DNA of 32,000 nt, from sequence record CM040116.1. One strand, given 5' to 3'. The first letter of the stretch is position 1. The number at the start of each line of letters is the position of its first letter. The position numbers and the translations under genes are program-made. Positions 1 through 8,088 of the stretch are shown here, piece by piece. A model generated the notes under the pieces. The model had not been told where the DNA came from and did no database searches. It worked only from the letters and a program-made list of their open reading frames with translations.

Positions 1-1
1 T

Positions 2-225
2 ACATTAGAATCAGATGGTGTATTCAGAAGTAGTCCTAGAGGATGGTTTACTTTTGGACACGCAAACTTCGCACTTATTTTTTCTTCGGCCACTTATGGC
101 ATGGATCAAGGACTATATTCAGAGATGTATTCGCTGGCATCGGCGCAGAAGTGACAGAACAAGTAGAATTTGGCGCATTCCAAAAATTAGGAGATAGAAG
201 CAGTAAAAAACAAGGTGCTGTATAA
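2..225 (+). CDS. psbB: Photosystem II CP47 (PsbB), 3' end only; reading frame interrupted by a 1-nt shift at T-run 78-83
   Basis: Frame 2 (2-79) reads [26 protein letters not shown]. Frame 1 (79-225) reads [48 protein letters not shown]. Joined, these form the conserved CP47 C-terminus. The two halves are offset by one nucleotide. The 5' part lies outside the window. Confidence 0.85.
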
Positions 226-269
226 ACCACATATATTTATAACATATTTACTTATATAAGGAAATAAAT

Positions 270-365
270 ATGGAAGCATTAGTATATGTCTTTCTATTAG
301 TCGGAACATTAATGGTTATCTTCTTTGCTGTATTCTTTAGAGACCCTCCAAGAATAGCTAAATAA
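270..365 (+). CDS. psbT: Photosystem II protein T (31 aa)
   Basis: ATG at 270, TAA at 363-365. Translation [31 protein letters not shown] matches the conserved PsbT pattern. Canonical position directly after psbB. Below the ORF-track size cutoff. Confidence 0.9.
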   Translation: MEALVYVFLLVGTLMVIFFAVFFRDPPRIAK

Positions 366-402
366 ATATAAATTAAATAATGAAAGACTGAACTATATCT
401 AT

Positions 403-456
403 TCTCGACTAATAGCTACTTATTTACATAATGAAATAAGTAGCTATTAGTCGAGA
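403..456. terminator. Perfect 23-bp stem / 8-nt loop hairpin between convergent psbT and psbN
   Basis: 403-425 (tctcgactaatagctacttattt) is the exact reverse complement of 434-456; the loop is acataatg. Its position between two convergent 3' ends suggests a bidirectional 3'-end processing or stabilising stem-loop. Confidence 0.6.
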
Positions 457-504
457 AATAATAAAAGCACTTCAAATCATTTATATGATTTAGGTTTATA
501 TTAT

Positions 505-636
505 TTACTCTTCATGTTCTTCAAAAGGATCTCGAAGCTCCTTAGATATAGGACCGAAAGAAGTATATATAGAATACATTGTTATTCCTAATAATAGACT
601 AGAAATAAAAATACTAAGAACTGTTGTAGTTTCCAT
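505..636 (-). CDS. psbN: Photosystem II protein N (43 aa)
   Basis: The minus strand reads [43 protein letters not shown]. The conserved RDPFEEH tail is present, and it sits in the canonical antisense position between psbT and psbH. Confidence 0.9.
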   Translation of the reverse strand: METTTVLSIFISSLLLGITMYSIYTSFGPISKELRDPFEEHEE

Positions 637-738
637 AGAGGTAATATAGATTCAGTTAAGTAATTTTTATAATTATAATATTAATACTATAATTATAAAG
701 ACAAAAATTATAAAATATACAAATTAAGTTAAAAAAAT

Positions 739-942
739 ATGGCACTAAGAACAAGATTAGGAGAAATATTGAGACCTTTAAATTCTGAATATGGCAAAGT
801 TGCTCCAGGCTGGGGTACAACTCCAATTATGGGAGTATTTATGCTCTTATTCTTTTTATTTTTATTAATAATTTTACAAATATATAACTCATCTTTAATT
901 TTAGAGAATGTAGATGTAGATTGGGCAGCATTAGGAAGTTAA
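739..942 (+). CDS. psbH: Photosystem II phosphoprotein H
   Basis: 67-aa [35 protein letters not shown]... with one TM helix, matching the PsbH consensus. Part of the psbB-T-N-H cluster. Confidence 0.93.
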   Translation: MALRTRLGEILRPLNSEYGKVAPGWGTTPIMGVFMLLFFLFLLIILQIYNSSLILENVDVDWAALGS

Positions 943-977
943 ACAAAACTTTTGTACAAACGGTAAATCTTTAAATT

Positions 978-1004
978 AAGATAAAGGCCAATTGCTTTTA
1001 TCTT
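978..1004. terminator. Short hairpin between convergent psbH and psaE
   Basis: aagataaaggc (978-988) pairs with gcttttatctt (994-1004), with one G-U pair and a 5-nt loop caatt. Confidence 0.4.
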
Positions 1005-1036
1005 TTACTTAATATAACTATATAATTTTATATACA

Positions 1037-1225
1037 CTAAGACTCAACTAATGATAATTCACTTTCAGAAAAATTATTACTATTAACACCACTATAAGTT
1101 TCTCTCATAAAACGTACAAGAACTGAATATTTGATATCTTTTTCGATCTTAACAACAGTACCTATATCTTGATACCAATAAGACTCTTTGCGCAAAATTT
1201 TAACTACTGATCCTTTCTTTATCAT
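1037..1225 (-). CDS. psaE: Photosystem I subunit IV (PsaE)
   Basis: 62 aa. [26 protein letters not shown]...YSVLVRF matches the conserved PsaE SH3-like core ([13 protein letters not shown]...YPV.VRF). Confidence 0.9.
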   Translation of the reverse strand: MIKKGSVVKILRKESYWYQDIGTVVKIEKDIKYSVLVRFMRETYSGVNSNNFSESELSLVES

Positions 1226-1394
1226 AAAACAATAATGTTAGTAATTCAATATATAATACTATTATATAACTAAATAAAATTCAAAAAATTAACTTATATA
1301 AACAAGCAAAACATATTTTCATATCATATAGTTGCCTAAAAAATATTAAAGATGTTAAATTCATTTAAACATAATTACTAAAAGGCTTAAAATA

Positions 1395-3275
1395 ATGAAA
1401 TTATCTTGGAAAACTTTATTATTATTATCATTACCAATAATTGTAATTGGATTCTTTTTATGGCAAGGATTTTTAGCTCCCACGACAAGTGAGTTAAATA
1501 CAAACATAGCACGTTCTCGAATGACGTATGGGCGCTTTTTAGAATATTTAGATATGGGTTGGATAAAGAAAGTTGATCTATATGATAATGGACATACAGC
1601 AATAGTAGAAGCAGTAGGACCTGAATTAGGTAATAGACTTCAAAAAATTAGAGTTGAACTACCAGCAACAGTACCGGAATTGATTATAAAACTTAAAAAA
1701 GCTAATATAGATTTAGATGCACATGCAACTAAAAATACCAGTGCAATCTGGAATTTAATAGGTAATTTATTATTTCCTATATTATTAATATTAGGCTTAG
1801 CATTCCTCTTTCGTCGTTCTAATAACGCTCCTGGTGGACCAGGACAAGCAATGTCATTTAGCAAATCTAAAGCTTTATTCCAAATGGAAGCTAAAACAGG
1901 TATAGTCTTTAGCGATGTTGCAGGAATTGACGAAGCTAAAGAAGAATTTGAAGAAGTTGTTACATTCTTAAAAAAACCAGAGAGATTTACAGCTGTAGGA
2001 GCCAAAATACCTAAAGGTGTTTTATTAATAGGCCCCCCTGGTACAGGCAAAACATTATTAGCCAAAGCCATTGCAGGTGAAGCTAATGTACCTTTTTTCA
2101 GTATTTCAGGATCTGAATTTGTAGAAATGTTTGTTGGCGTAGGAGCTTCACGCGTGAGAGATCTATTTAAAAAAGCAAAAGAGAATGCTCCATGTATTGT
2201 GTTTATAGATGAAATAGATGCTGTAGGTAGACAGAGAGGAACAGGTATTGGTGGTGGTAATGATGAAAGAGAACAAACATTAAATCAACTACTAACCGAA
2301 ATGGATGGTTTTGAAGGAAACACAGGAGTTATAGTAATTGCAGCAACAAACCGAGCTGATATACTTGACTCTGCTTTATTAAGGCCAGGCCGCTTTGATC
2401 GGCAAGTATCTGTAGAAATACCAGACTTTAAAGGCAGACTAGATATATTAAAAGTGCATGCTAAAAATAAAAAGATGGACAAAAGTATATCTTTATCCAT
2501 AATAGCTAGAAGAACCCCTGGCTTTTCAGGAGCAGACTTAGCAAATTTACTAAATGAAGGAGCAATACTAACAGCTAGACGAAGAAAAAAATACATTACA
2601 TTAAATGAAATAGACGCTTCTATAGATCGCATAGTAGCAGGTATGGAAGGAACAGCATTAACTGATAGCAAAAGTAAACGCTTAATTGCATACCATGAGA
2701 TTGGACATGCAATAGTTGGAACACTTCTAAAAGATCACGATCCAGTACAAAAAGTAACCTTAATACCTCGCGGTCAAGCTAAAGGATTAACTTGGTTTAC
2801 ACCAGGAGAAGACCAAAATTTAATATCAAGATCTCAAATTTTATCACGCATCATGGGAGCTTTAGGTGGTAGAGCTGCAGAAGAAGTTGTATTCGGAGAT
2901 ACAGAAATCACTACTGGCGCTAGCAATGATTTACAACAAGTAACATCTATGGCTCGTCAAATGGTTACACGATTTGGAATGTCAAATATAGGTCCATTAT
3001 GCTTAGAAAATGAAGAAGCAAACCCGTTTTTAGGAAGAAGTATGGGTAGTGCGTCAGATTATTCTGATGAAGTTGCAATTAAAATTGACAAACAAATCTA
3101 TCATATAGTAGAAAAATGCTATCAAGAAACAATCAAAATTATTCAAGACAATAGAATTATTATTGATAGATTAGTAGACTTACTAATCGAAAGAGAAACT
3201 ATTGATGGAAAAGAATTTAAGAAAATCATAAATGAATATACACCAGTACCAGAGAAAGAAGTATATATAGCATAA
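1395..3275 (+). CDS. ftsH: ATP-dependent zinc metalloprotease FtsH (ycf25)
   Basis: 626 aa. Two N-terminal TM segments, Walker [14 protein letters not shown], Walker [12 protein letters not shown] motif, and the Zn-protease motif HEIGHA. Confidence 0.97.
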   Translation: MKLSWKTLLLLSLPIIVIGFFLWQGFLAPTTSELNTNIARSRMTYGRFLEYLDMGWIKKVDLYDNGHTAIVEAVGPELGNRLQKIRVELPATVPELIIKLKKANIDLDAHATKNTSAIWNLIGNLLFPILLILGLAFLFRRSNNAPGGPGQAMSFSKSKALFQMEAKTGIVFSDVAGIDEAKEEFEEVVTFLKKPERFTAVGAKIPKGVLLIGPPGTGKTLLAKAIAGEANVPFFSISGSEFVEMFVGVGASRVRDLFKKAKENAPCIVFIDEIDAVGRQRGTGIGGGNDEREQTLNQLLTEMDGFEGNTGVIVIAATNRADILDSALLRPGRFDRQVSVEIPDFKGRLDILKVHAKNKKMDKSISLSIIARRTPGFSGADLANLLNEGAILTARRRKKYITLNEIDASIDRIVAGMEGTALTDSKSKRLIAYHEIGHAIVGTLLKDHDPVQKVTLIPRGQAKGLTWFTPGEDQNLISRSQILSRIMGALGGRAAEEVVFGDTEITTGASNDLQQVTSMARQMVTRFGMSNIGPLCLENEEANPFLGRSMGSASDYSDEVAIKIDKQIYHIVEKCYQETIKIIQDNRIIIDRLVDLLIERETIDGKEFKKIINEYTPVPEKEVYIA

Positions 3276-3293
3276 AAAATTACATCAGTAGAA

Positions 3294-3367
3294 CGAGATT
3301 GACGGGACTCGAACCCGCAACTTCCGCCGTGACAGGGCGGTGCTCTAACCAATTGAACTACAATCCC
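3294..3367 (-). tRNA. trnD: tRNA-Asp(GUC)
   Basis: The minus strand reads GGGATTGTAGTTCAATTGGTTAGAGCACCGCCCTGTCACGGCGG...GGTTCGAGTCCCGTCAATCTCG. Cloverleaf folds by hand; anticodon loop CTGTCAC. Confidence 0.9.
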
Positions 3368-3442
3368 AGTTTATACATTACATCATCTCATATTAATCAA
3401 GTAGTTGTCAAACATATAAAAACAGCTTAGTAAATAATAAAA

Positions 3443-3530
3443 AGGAGAGGAAGGGATTCGAACCCTCGGTATGATTTAAACATACAACAGATTAGCAATC
3501 TGGCGCTTTCAACCACTCAGCCACCTCTCC
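3443..3530 (-). tRNA. trnS: tRNA-Ser(GCU), long variable arm
   Basis: The minus strand reads GGAGAGGTGGCTGAGTGGTTGAAAGC...anticodon loop TTGCTAA...long extra arm...GGTTCGAATCCCTTCCTCTCC. 88 nt. Confidence 0.85.
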
Positions 3531-3573
3531 ATTACATTAATAAATAAAAGATGAAATATAAAAAGAAATTTAA

Positions 3574-3647
3574 TGGCTCAGGCGGGACTTGAACCTGCGA
3601 CCTTGGGCTTATGAGTCCCCTGCTCTAACCAGCTGAGCTACTGAGCC
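3574..3647 (-). tRNA. trnM: tRNA(CAU), elongator Met-like; Ile-lysidine identity not excluded
   Basis: The minus strand reads GGCTCAGTAGCTCAGCTGGTTAGAGCAGGGGACTCATAAGCCCAAGGTCGCAGGTTCAAGTCCCGCCTGAGCCA. G1-C72 is paired, so it is not initiator-like. The anticodon stem is weak, with only 3 G-C pairs. Confidence 0.8.
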
Positions 3648-3716
3648 TTTATAATTTGTGTTAAGTATAACATAAAAATAAAAACAAATAAACAAATACT
3701 GAATTAATTAAACAAC

Positions 3717-4574
3717 TTACGCTACTAATTTTGAACCTGTACCATTTGATGTCAAAATTTCTAACAATAAAGCATGCTTTATATTACCATTGATAATATG
3801 AGCCGAAACAACATTATTCTTCAAAGCTTGAATACAACAATCAACTTTAGGTATCATGCCTCCGGCAATTACTTGTTGATTTTTCAAACTCTCCAACTTT
3901 TCTATATTCAAATGTTTTATTAGAGTTGCAGGATTATTAATATTAGACATAATACCTGGTATATCAGTTAACAAAATAAGCTTCTCAGCATTCAAGCACT
4001 CTGCAATCGCGCCAGCTACAGAATCAGCATTAATATTATAAGATTGCCCATTTAAATCTGAAGCAACACTAGCAATAACAGGAATATATCCTTTAGAAAG
4101 TAAAAAATTAATAATATCAAGATTAACTTTTTTTACTTTACCTGTATAATTATCTGGCTGATCACTAAAAAAACTAGATGCAATAATTAAATTAGCATCC
4201 TTACCAGATAAACCAACTGCTACATTAGATAAACGATTAAATAAACCAACCAAATCTTTATTCACTTTACCTACTAGAACCATCTCTACCAACTCCATAG
4301 TTATTTTATCTGTAACACGAATACCATTAAAAAACTTAGGTTCTATATTCATTTGTTTCAACCAATAATTAATCATTGGTCCACCACCATGTACAATAAC
4401 AACTTTAATACCTATATAAGACAAAAACAAAATATCTTGTACAATTTTAGATTTTAAATAAACATCTTTCATAGCAGAGCCGCCATATTTAATAACTATA
4501 GTAGATCCATAAAAACGTTGTATAAAAGGTAAAAGATCACTTAATATCTGTATATCTTCAAAGTTATTCACCAT
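3717..4574 (-). CDS. argB: N-acetylglutamate kinase
   Basis: 285 aa. Amino-acid kinase family motifs VIKYGGSAM, VVIVHGGGP and NINADSVAG. A typical rhodophyte plastid gene. Confidence 0.93.
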   Translation of the reverse strand: MVNNFEDIQILSDLLPFIQRFYGSTIVIKYGGSAMKDVYLKSKIVQDILFLSYIGIKVVIVHGGGPMINYWLKQMNIEPKFFNGIRVTDKITMELVEMVLVGKVNKDLVGLFNRLSNVAVGLSGKDANLIIASSFFSDQPDNYTGKVKKVNLDIINFLLSKGYIPVIASVASDLNGQSYNINADSVAGAIAECLNAEKLILLTDIPGIMSNINNPATLIKHLNIEKLESLKNQQVIAGGMIPKVDCCIQALKNNVVSAHIINGNIKHALLLEILTSNGTGSKLVA

Positions 4575-4690
4575 TTTTTCTCCTGTTAATCAAATCTAAA
4601 AGAAATAAAATTACCAAAACAAGTTTACAAAAGTAAGATTATTCACTTATCTTAATTTAAAACAATATATAAACACAAAAATACTAATAT

Positions 4691-4888
4691 ATGACAAAAT
4701 TTTTGAACAACATAAATAAATTTCCGAGATTTTTATTCTCAGTAATTATGGGATTTTTCTTGACAACTTTTTACACAATTTTTGAGTTATTAAAAGAGAA
4801 AAATAAAAGGCTAACAATAAGCATTATAATAATAGTATTTATTAGCACTATAACGATCATTTTAAGGCAGATGTTAGGTATAAGATAA
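4691..4888 (+). CDS. ycf33: Small membrane protein Ycf33 (DUF751-like)
   Basis: 65 aa. The N-terminal ...NNINKFPRFLFSVIMGFFL... resembles the Ycf33 FPRF motif followed by a TM helix. Size matches. Identified from memory only. Confidence 0.6.
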   Translation: MTKFLNNINKFPRFLFSVIMGFFLTTFYTIFELLKEKNKRLTISIIIIVFISTITIILRQMLGIR

Positions 4889-5026
4889 AAAATCCGCATA
4901 TAAAATTTTTAAGATCTATAATAAAAAATTCGACATATATAATATTATATATACAATTAAGTAAAAAAAGTAAATATTAGTAATACAAAAAATCTTCTGA
5001 TTAAAATTCAATTAGTACATACTAAT

Positions 5027-6847
5027 ATGTTAAATATAAAATATTTTAAGAAATCCATGAATATAAATTATGATTCTGATTTAAGGGAAGTCACAGGTGC
5101 TTTTGCTCTCATAGATAGTTTAGTGAGTAATAATGTAAGTCATGTTTTTGGCTATCCTGGTGGTGCTATTTTACCTATTTATGATGAATTATACAGATGG
5201 GAGAGTAAGGGTTTAATTACACATATATTATGTCGTCATGAACAAGGTGCATCTCATGCTGCTGATGGTTATGCTAGATCAACAGGAAAAGTTGGTGTAT
5301 GCTTTGCAACATCTGGTCCAGGAGCTACTAACCTCGTTTCTGGTATTGCTACGGCACAGTTAGATTCTGTACCTTTAGTTTTAATAACTGGTCAAGTAGC
5401 TAGACCTTTTATAGGTACAGATGCTTTTCAAGAAGTTGATATCTTTGGGATTACTTTGCCTATAGTTAAACATTCTTATGTAGTTAGAGATCCTTTGGAC
5501 ATGTCTAGAATAGTTTCTGAAGCTTTTTACATTGCTCAATATGGAAGACCAGGACCTGTTTTAATTGATGTTCCTAAAGATGTCGGTTTAGAGAAATTTC
5601 TTTATCAACCTCTTAATCCAAGTAATGTTAAATTGGTAGGTTGTCGTCCAATTGTAAAACCTAAGGACAGCCAAATCGTTAAAATTTTGAATCTTCTATA
5701 TGAATCTAGTCAGCCTTTACTTTACATAGGAGGTGGTTCTATTATTTCTGGTTCTCATCAAGTAATTAAAGAATTTTCTTATCGTTTTCAGATCCCTATA
5801 TGTACTACATTGATGGGTAAAGGAATTATTGATGAGAATGACAGTTTATGCTTAGGTATGTTAGGTATGCATGGTACAGCCTACGCTAATTTTGCTGTTA
5901 GTGAATGTGATTTATTGATTGCTCTTGGTGCTAGATTTGATGATAGAGTCACAGGTAAGTTAGATGAGTTTGCGTGTAACGCTAAAGTTATACATATTGA
6001 TATTGATCCTGCAGAAATAGGTAAAAATCGTGTTCCTCAGGTTGCTGTTTTGGGTGATGTTAAAGATGTTATAAGCCGCATTTTAGATTATCTGGATCGC
6101 AACTCAAATTTATTGTTTAATTCTCAGCAAACTTGTTCTTGGAAGAATAGAATAGCTATGTGGAAAAATCAGTATCCTTTATTGATTCCAAAACATGTTA
6201 GTAGTTTATCTCCTCAAGAAGTGATTTTTTCTTTATCCCGTATTCAACCTAATGCTTATTTTACTACTGATGTAGGTCAGCATCAAATGTGGGCTGCTCA
6301 GTTTGTTAATGTATTACCACGACATTGGATGTCCAGCTCTGGTCTAGGAACTATGGGCTATGGACTTCCTGCTGCTATTGGTGTTCAGATTGCTTATCCT
6401 TCTGAGAGTGTTATCTGTATTAGTGGAGATGCTAGTTTTCAAATGAATTTTCAAGAGCTTGCTACAATTGCTCAGTATAATTTACCTATAAAAATTATTA
6501 TTATAAATAATAAATGGCAAGGTATGGTTAGGCAGTGGCAACAGGCTTTTTATGGAGAGAGGTATTCCCATTCTAATATGGAAAAAGGTGCTCCTGATTT
6601 TGTTCTATTAGCTAAGTCTTTTGGTATACTAGGTTTAAATTTAGAGCACAGACATGACATGAATAAAGTTTTGCATCGTTTTGCAAATTATAATGGTCCA
6701 TGTTTATTAAATTGTAAAGTCAAGGAAGAAGAGAACTGTTACCCGATGGTTGCACCTGGTAAAAGTAATTCACAAATGATAGGAATATCTAAGTTAGCAA
6801 AGAACAAAAATATACCTTTAGCCAAGATGAAATTGGATAGCCTTTAA
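5027..6847 (+). CDS. ilvB: Acetolactate synthase large subunit (ThDP-dependent)
   Basis: 606 aa with [30 protein letters not shown] and the ThDP motif [14 protein letters not shown]...SGDASFQMN. An alternative ATG lies at 5054. The 3' end overlaps trnT on the opposite strand. Confidence 0.95.
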   Translation: MLNIKYFKKSMNINYDSDLREVTGAFALIDSLVSNNVSHVFGYPGGAILPIYDELYRWESKGLITHILCRHEQGASHAADGYARSTGKVGVCFATSGPGATNLVSGIATAQLDSVPLVLITGQVARPFIGTDAFQEVDIFGITLPIVKHSYVVRDPLDMSRIVSEAFYIAQYGRPGPVLIDVPKDVGLEKFLYQPLNPSNVKLVGCRPIVKPKDSQIVKILNLLYESSQPLLYIGGGSIISGSHQVIKEFSYRFQIPICTTLMGKGIIDENDSLCLGMLGMHGTAYANFAVSECDLLIALGARFDDRVTGKLDEFACNAKVIHIDIDPAEIGKNRVPQVAVLGDVKDVISRILDYLDRNSNLLFNSQQTCSWKNRIAMWKNQYPLLIPKHVSSLSPQEVIFSLSRIQPNAYFTTDVGQHQMWAAQFVNVLPRHWMSSSGLGTMGYGLPAAIGVQIAYPSESVICISGDASFQMNFQELATIAQYNLPIKIIIINNKWQGMVRQWQQAFYGERYSHSNMEKGAPDFVLLAKSFGILGLNLEHRHDMNKVLHRFANYNGPCLLNCKVKEEENCYPMVAPGKSNSQMIGISKLAKNKNIPLAKMKLDSL

Positions 6848-6910
6848 TGGGAATTGAACCCATAACTTTTTCCTTACCAAGGAAATACTCTACCATTGAG
6901 TTATAAAGGC
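6839..6910 (-). tRNA. trnT: tRNA-Thr(GGU)
   Basis: The minus strand folds fully as GCCTTTA TA ACTC AATGGTA GAGT A TTTCC TTGGTAA GGAAA AAGTT ATGGG TTCAATT CCCAT TAAAGGC T. Confidence 0.88.
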
Positions 6911-6941
6911 TTGATTTATGATTTATATCTAACATTTTAAT

Positions 6942-7023
6942 TGGGCCGGGTTGGATTTGAACCAACGTAGGTAATACCAGCGGATTTACAGTCCGCCCCC
7001 ATTAACCACTCGGGCACCGACCC
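6942..7023 (-). tRNA. trnY: tRNA-Tyr(GUA), long variable arm
   Basis: The minus strand reads GGGTCGGTGCCCGAGTGGTTAATGGGGGCGGACTGTAAATCCGC...GTTGGTTCAAATCCAACCCGGCCCA. Anticodon loop CTGTAAA. Confidence 0.88.
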
Positions 7024-7080
7024 ATATAAATTATACAATATTATTAAAGCATGGAAGTATCTAAGTAATTATAATATTCC

Positions 7081-7154
7081 TGGATACAACTGGATTCGAA
7101 CCAGTGACTTTCACGATGTCAACGTGATACTCTAACCAACTGAGCTATGCATCC
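7081..7154 (-). tRNA. trnV: tRNA-Val(GAC)
   Basis: The minus strand reads GGATGCATAGCTCAGTTGGTTAGAGTATCACGTTGACATCGTGAAAGTCACTGGTTCGAATCCAGTTGTATCCA. Anticodon loop TTGACAT. Confidence 0.88.
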
Positions 7155-7209
7155 TTGCTTTGTAAATATATATTATCATATTTTCGACGAATGATAATAA
7201 GAAAAATTG

Positions 7210-7578
7210 TTAATTAAATCTTGTTTTTAATCTTGTGGCTTTACCTGATCTCGATCTTAAGTAGTATAGTTTAGCTCGCCTTACTTTTGCTTTTCTCATT
7301 ACTTTGATACTTTTTATTAAAGGAGAATGTATAAGGTAAACTCTTTCGACGCCAATATTTTGTAAGGTTTTTCTAACAGTAATAGTTGTATTTAATTGTG
7401 ATTTATTTTTGGATATTATCACTCCTTCTACAGTTTGAATCCTCTGTTTATTACCTTCTTGAATGAGAATAGACATTTGTATGCTATCTCCTATATCGAT
7501 AATAGGTATTGTAACTTTTTTAAAGTCTTTCTCTATTGCATTAATAATAGAATTTTTTTTGTAAGGTTTTATGTACAT
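7210..7578 (-). CDS. rpl19: 50S ribosomal protein L19
   Basis: 122 aa. The IGDSIQMSILIQEGNKQRIQTVEGVIISK...TVRK...GVERVYLIHSP core matches L19. Confidence 0.93.
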   Translation of the reverse strand: MYIKPYKKNSIINAIEKDFKKVTIPIIDIGDSIQMSILIQEGNKQRIQTVEGVIISKNKSQLNTTITVRKTLQNIGVERVYLIHSPLIKSIKVMRKAKVRRAKLYYLRSRSGKATRLKTRFN

Positions 7579-7683
7579 TATTAGTTTTTATATTAATTGC
7601 TTTATTCTGTATAAACGTTCAATTTATATATAAATAATATAGTATCATAACATTGTAATTTAATATTGTTATTTTCTATTTAT

Positions 7684-8088
7684 ATGTATTTTTATCAAAA
7701 GCTTCACATTAATTCTGATAACTATTATTTTTTTAGTTGTCAGCTTGATTGTGTATTAATATTTTCTTTTTTCTCATATAAGATCTTACCTAAAGATTTT
7801 ATGTATTTTTATGTGATCAATAATTACAATGTTCTAGTGTCTTCTAAGCGTTTTTTAAAGGTATTAATTTTTATTGCTATATTACATAATTTGGATATAT
7901 TTCTTGAAGTACAGATAAGTAATTTTAAAGCTTTAAGTTTATATTATTGGTTAGGTTTTTCTATCGTACATATAAGATTTTATTATTATTTATTAAATAG
8001 ATCTACATCTTCAGCTTATTCTTTATTTAATACTAAATCTATAAGTCAAAATATATTTAGGCGTTATCTTATTTTTAATATTTATTAG
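7684..8088 (+). CDS. Orphan hypothetical ORF (134 aa from the first ATG; 140 aa from TTG at 7666); may be non-coding
   Basis: Stop-free frame in an otherwise stop-rich AT-rich spacer. F/Y/I/L/N/S-rich with possible hydrophobic segments and no recognisable motif. It ends at a TAG directly abutting, and in frame with, the dnaB ATG. Confidence 0.25.
   Translation: MYFYQKLHINSDNYYFFSCQLDCVLIFSFFSYKILPKDFMYFYVINNYNVLVSSKRFLKVLIFIAILHNLDIFLEVQISNFKALSLYYWLGFSIVHIRFYYYLLNRSTSSAYSLFNTKSISQNIFRRYLIFNIY

Noticed and set aside
43-225. Track ORFs 15..197 and 43..225 as independent small genes.
   Set aside because: 43..225 is simply the frame containing the true psbB C-terminus from about nt 79 onward; its N-terminal [12 protein letters not shown] part is out-of-frame psbB sequence. 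15..197 is the third frame of the same region.
1387-2671. ORFs 1387..1602(-), 1640..2071(-) and 2285..2671(-).
   Set aside because: They are antisense to, or overlap, the highly conserved ftsH CDS, and have low-complexity products with no motifs.
3143-3352. 69-aa ORF on the minus strand.
   Set aside because: It runs antisense through the ftsH 3' end, and its N-terminal part is just the translation of trnD(GUC) on the tRNA's own strand. Its relatively GC-rich part is the tRNA gene itself.
7666-8088. Considered the upstream ORF as a missing N-terminal extension of DnaB via TAG read-through.
   Set aside because: The canonical DnaB N-terminal motif (PHNYIAEEILLGTIL) begins about 13 residues after the ATG at 8089, so the helicase is complete without it. 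The ORF is kept only as a low-confidence orphan.
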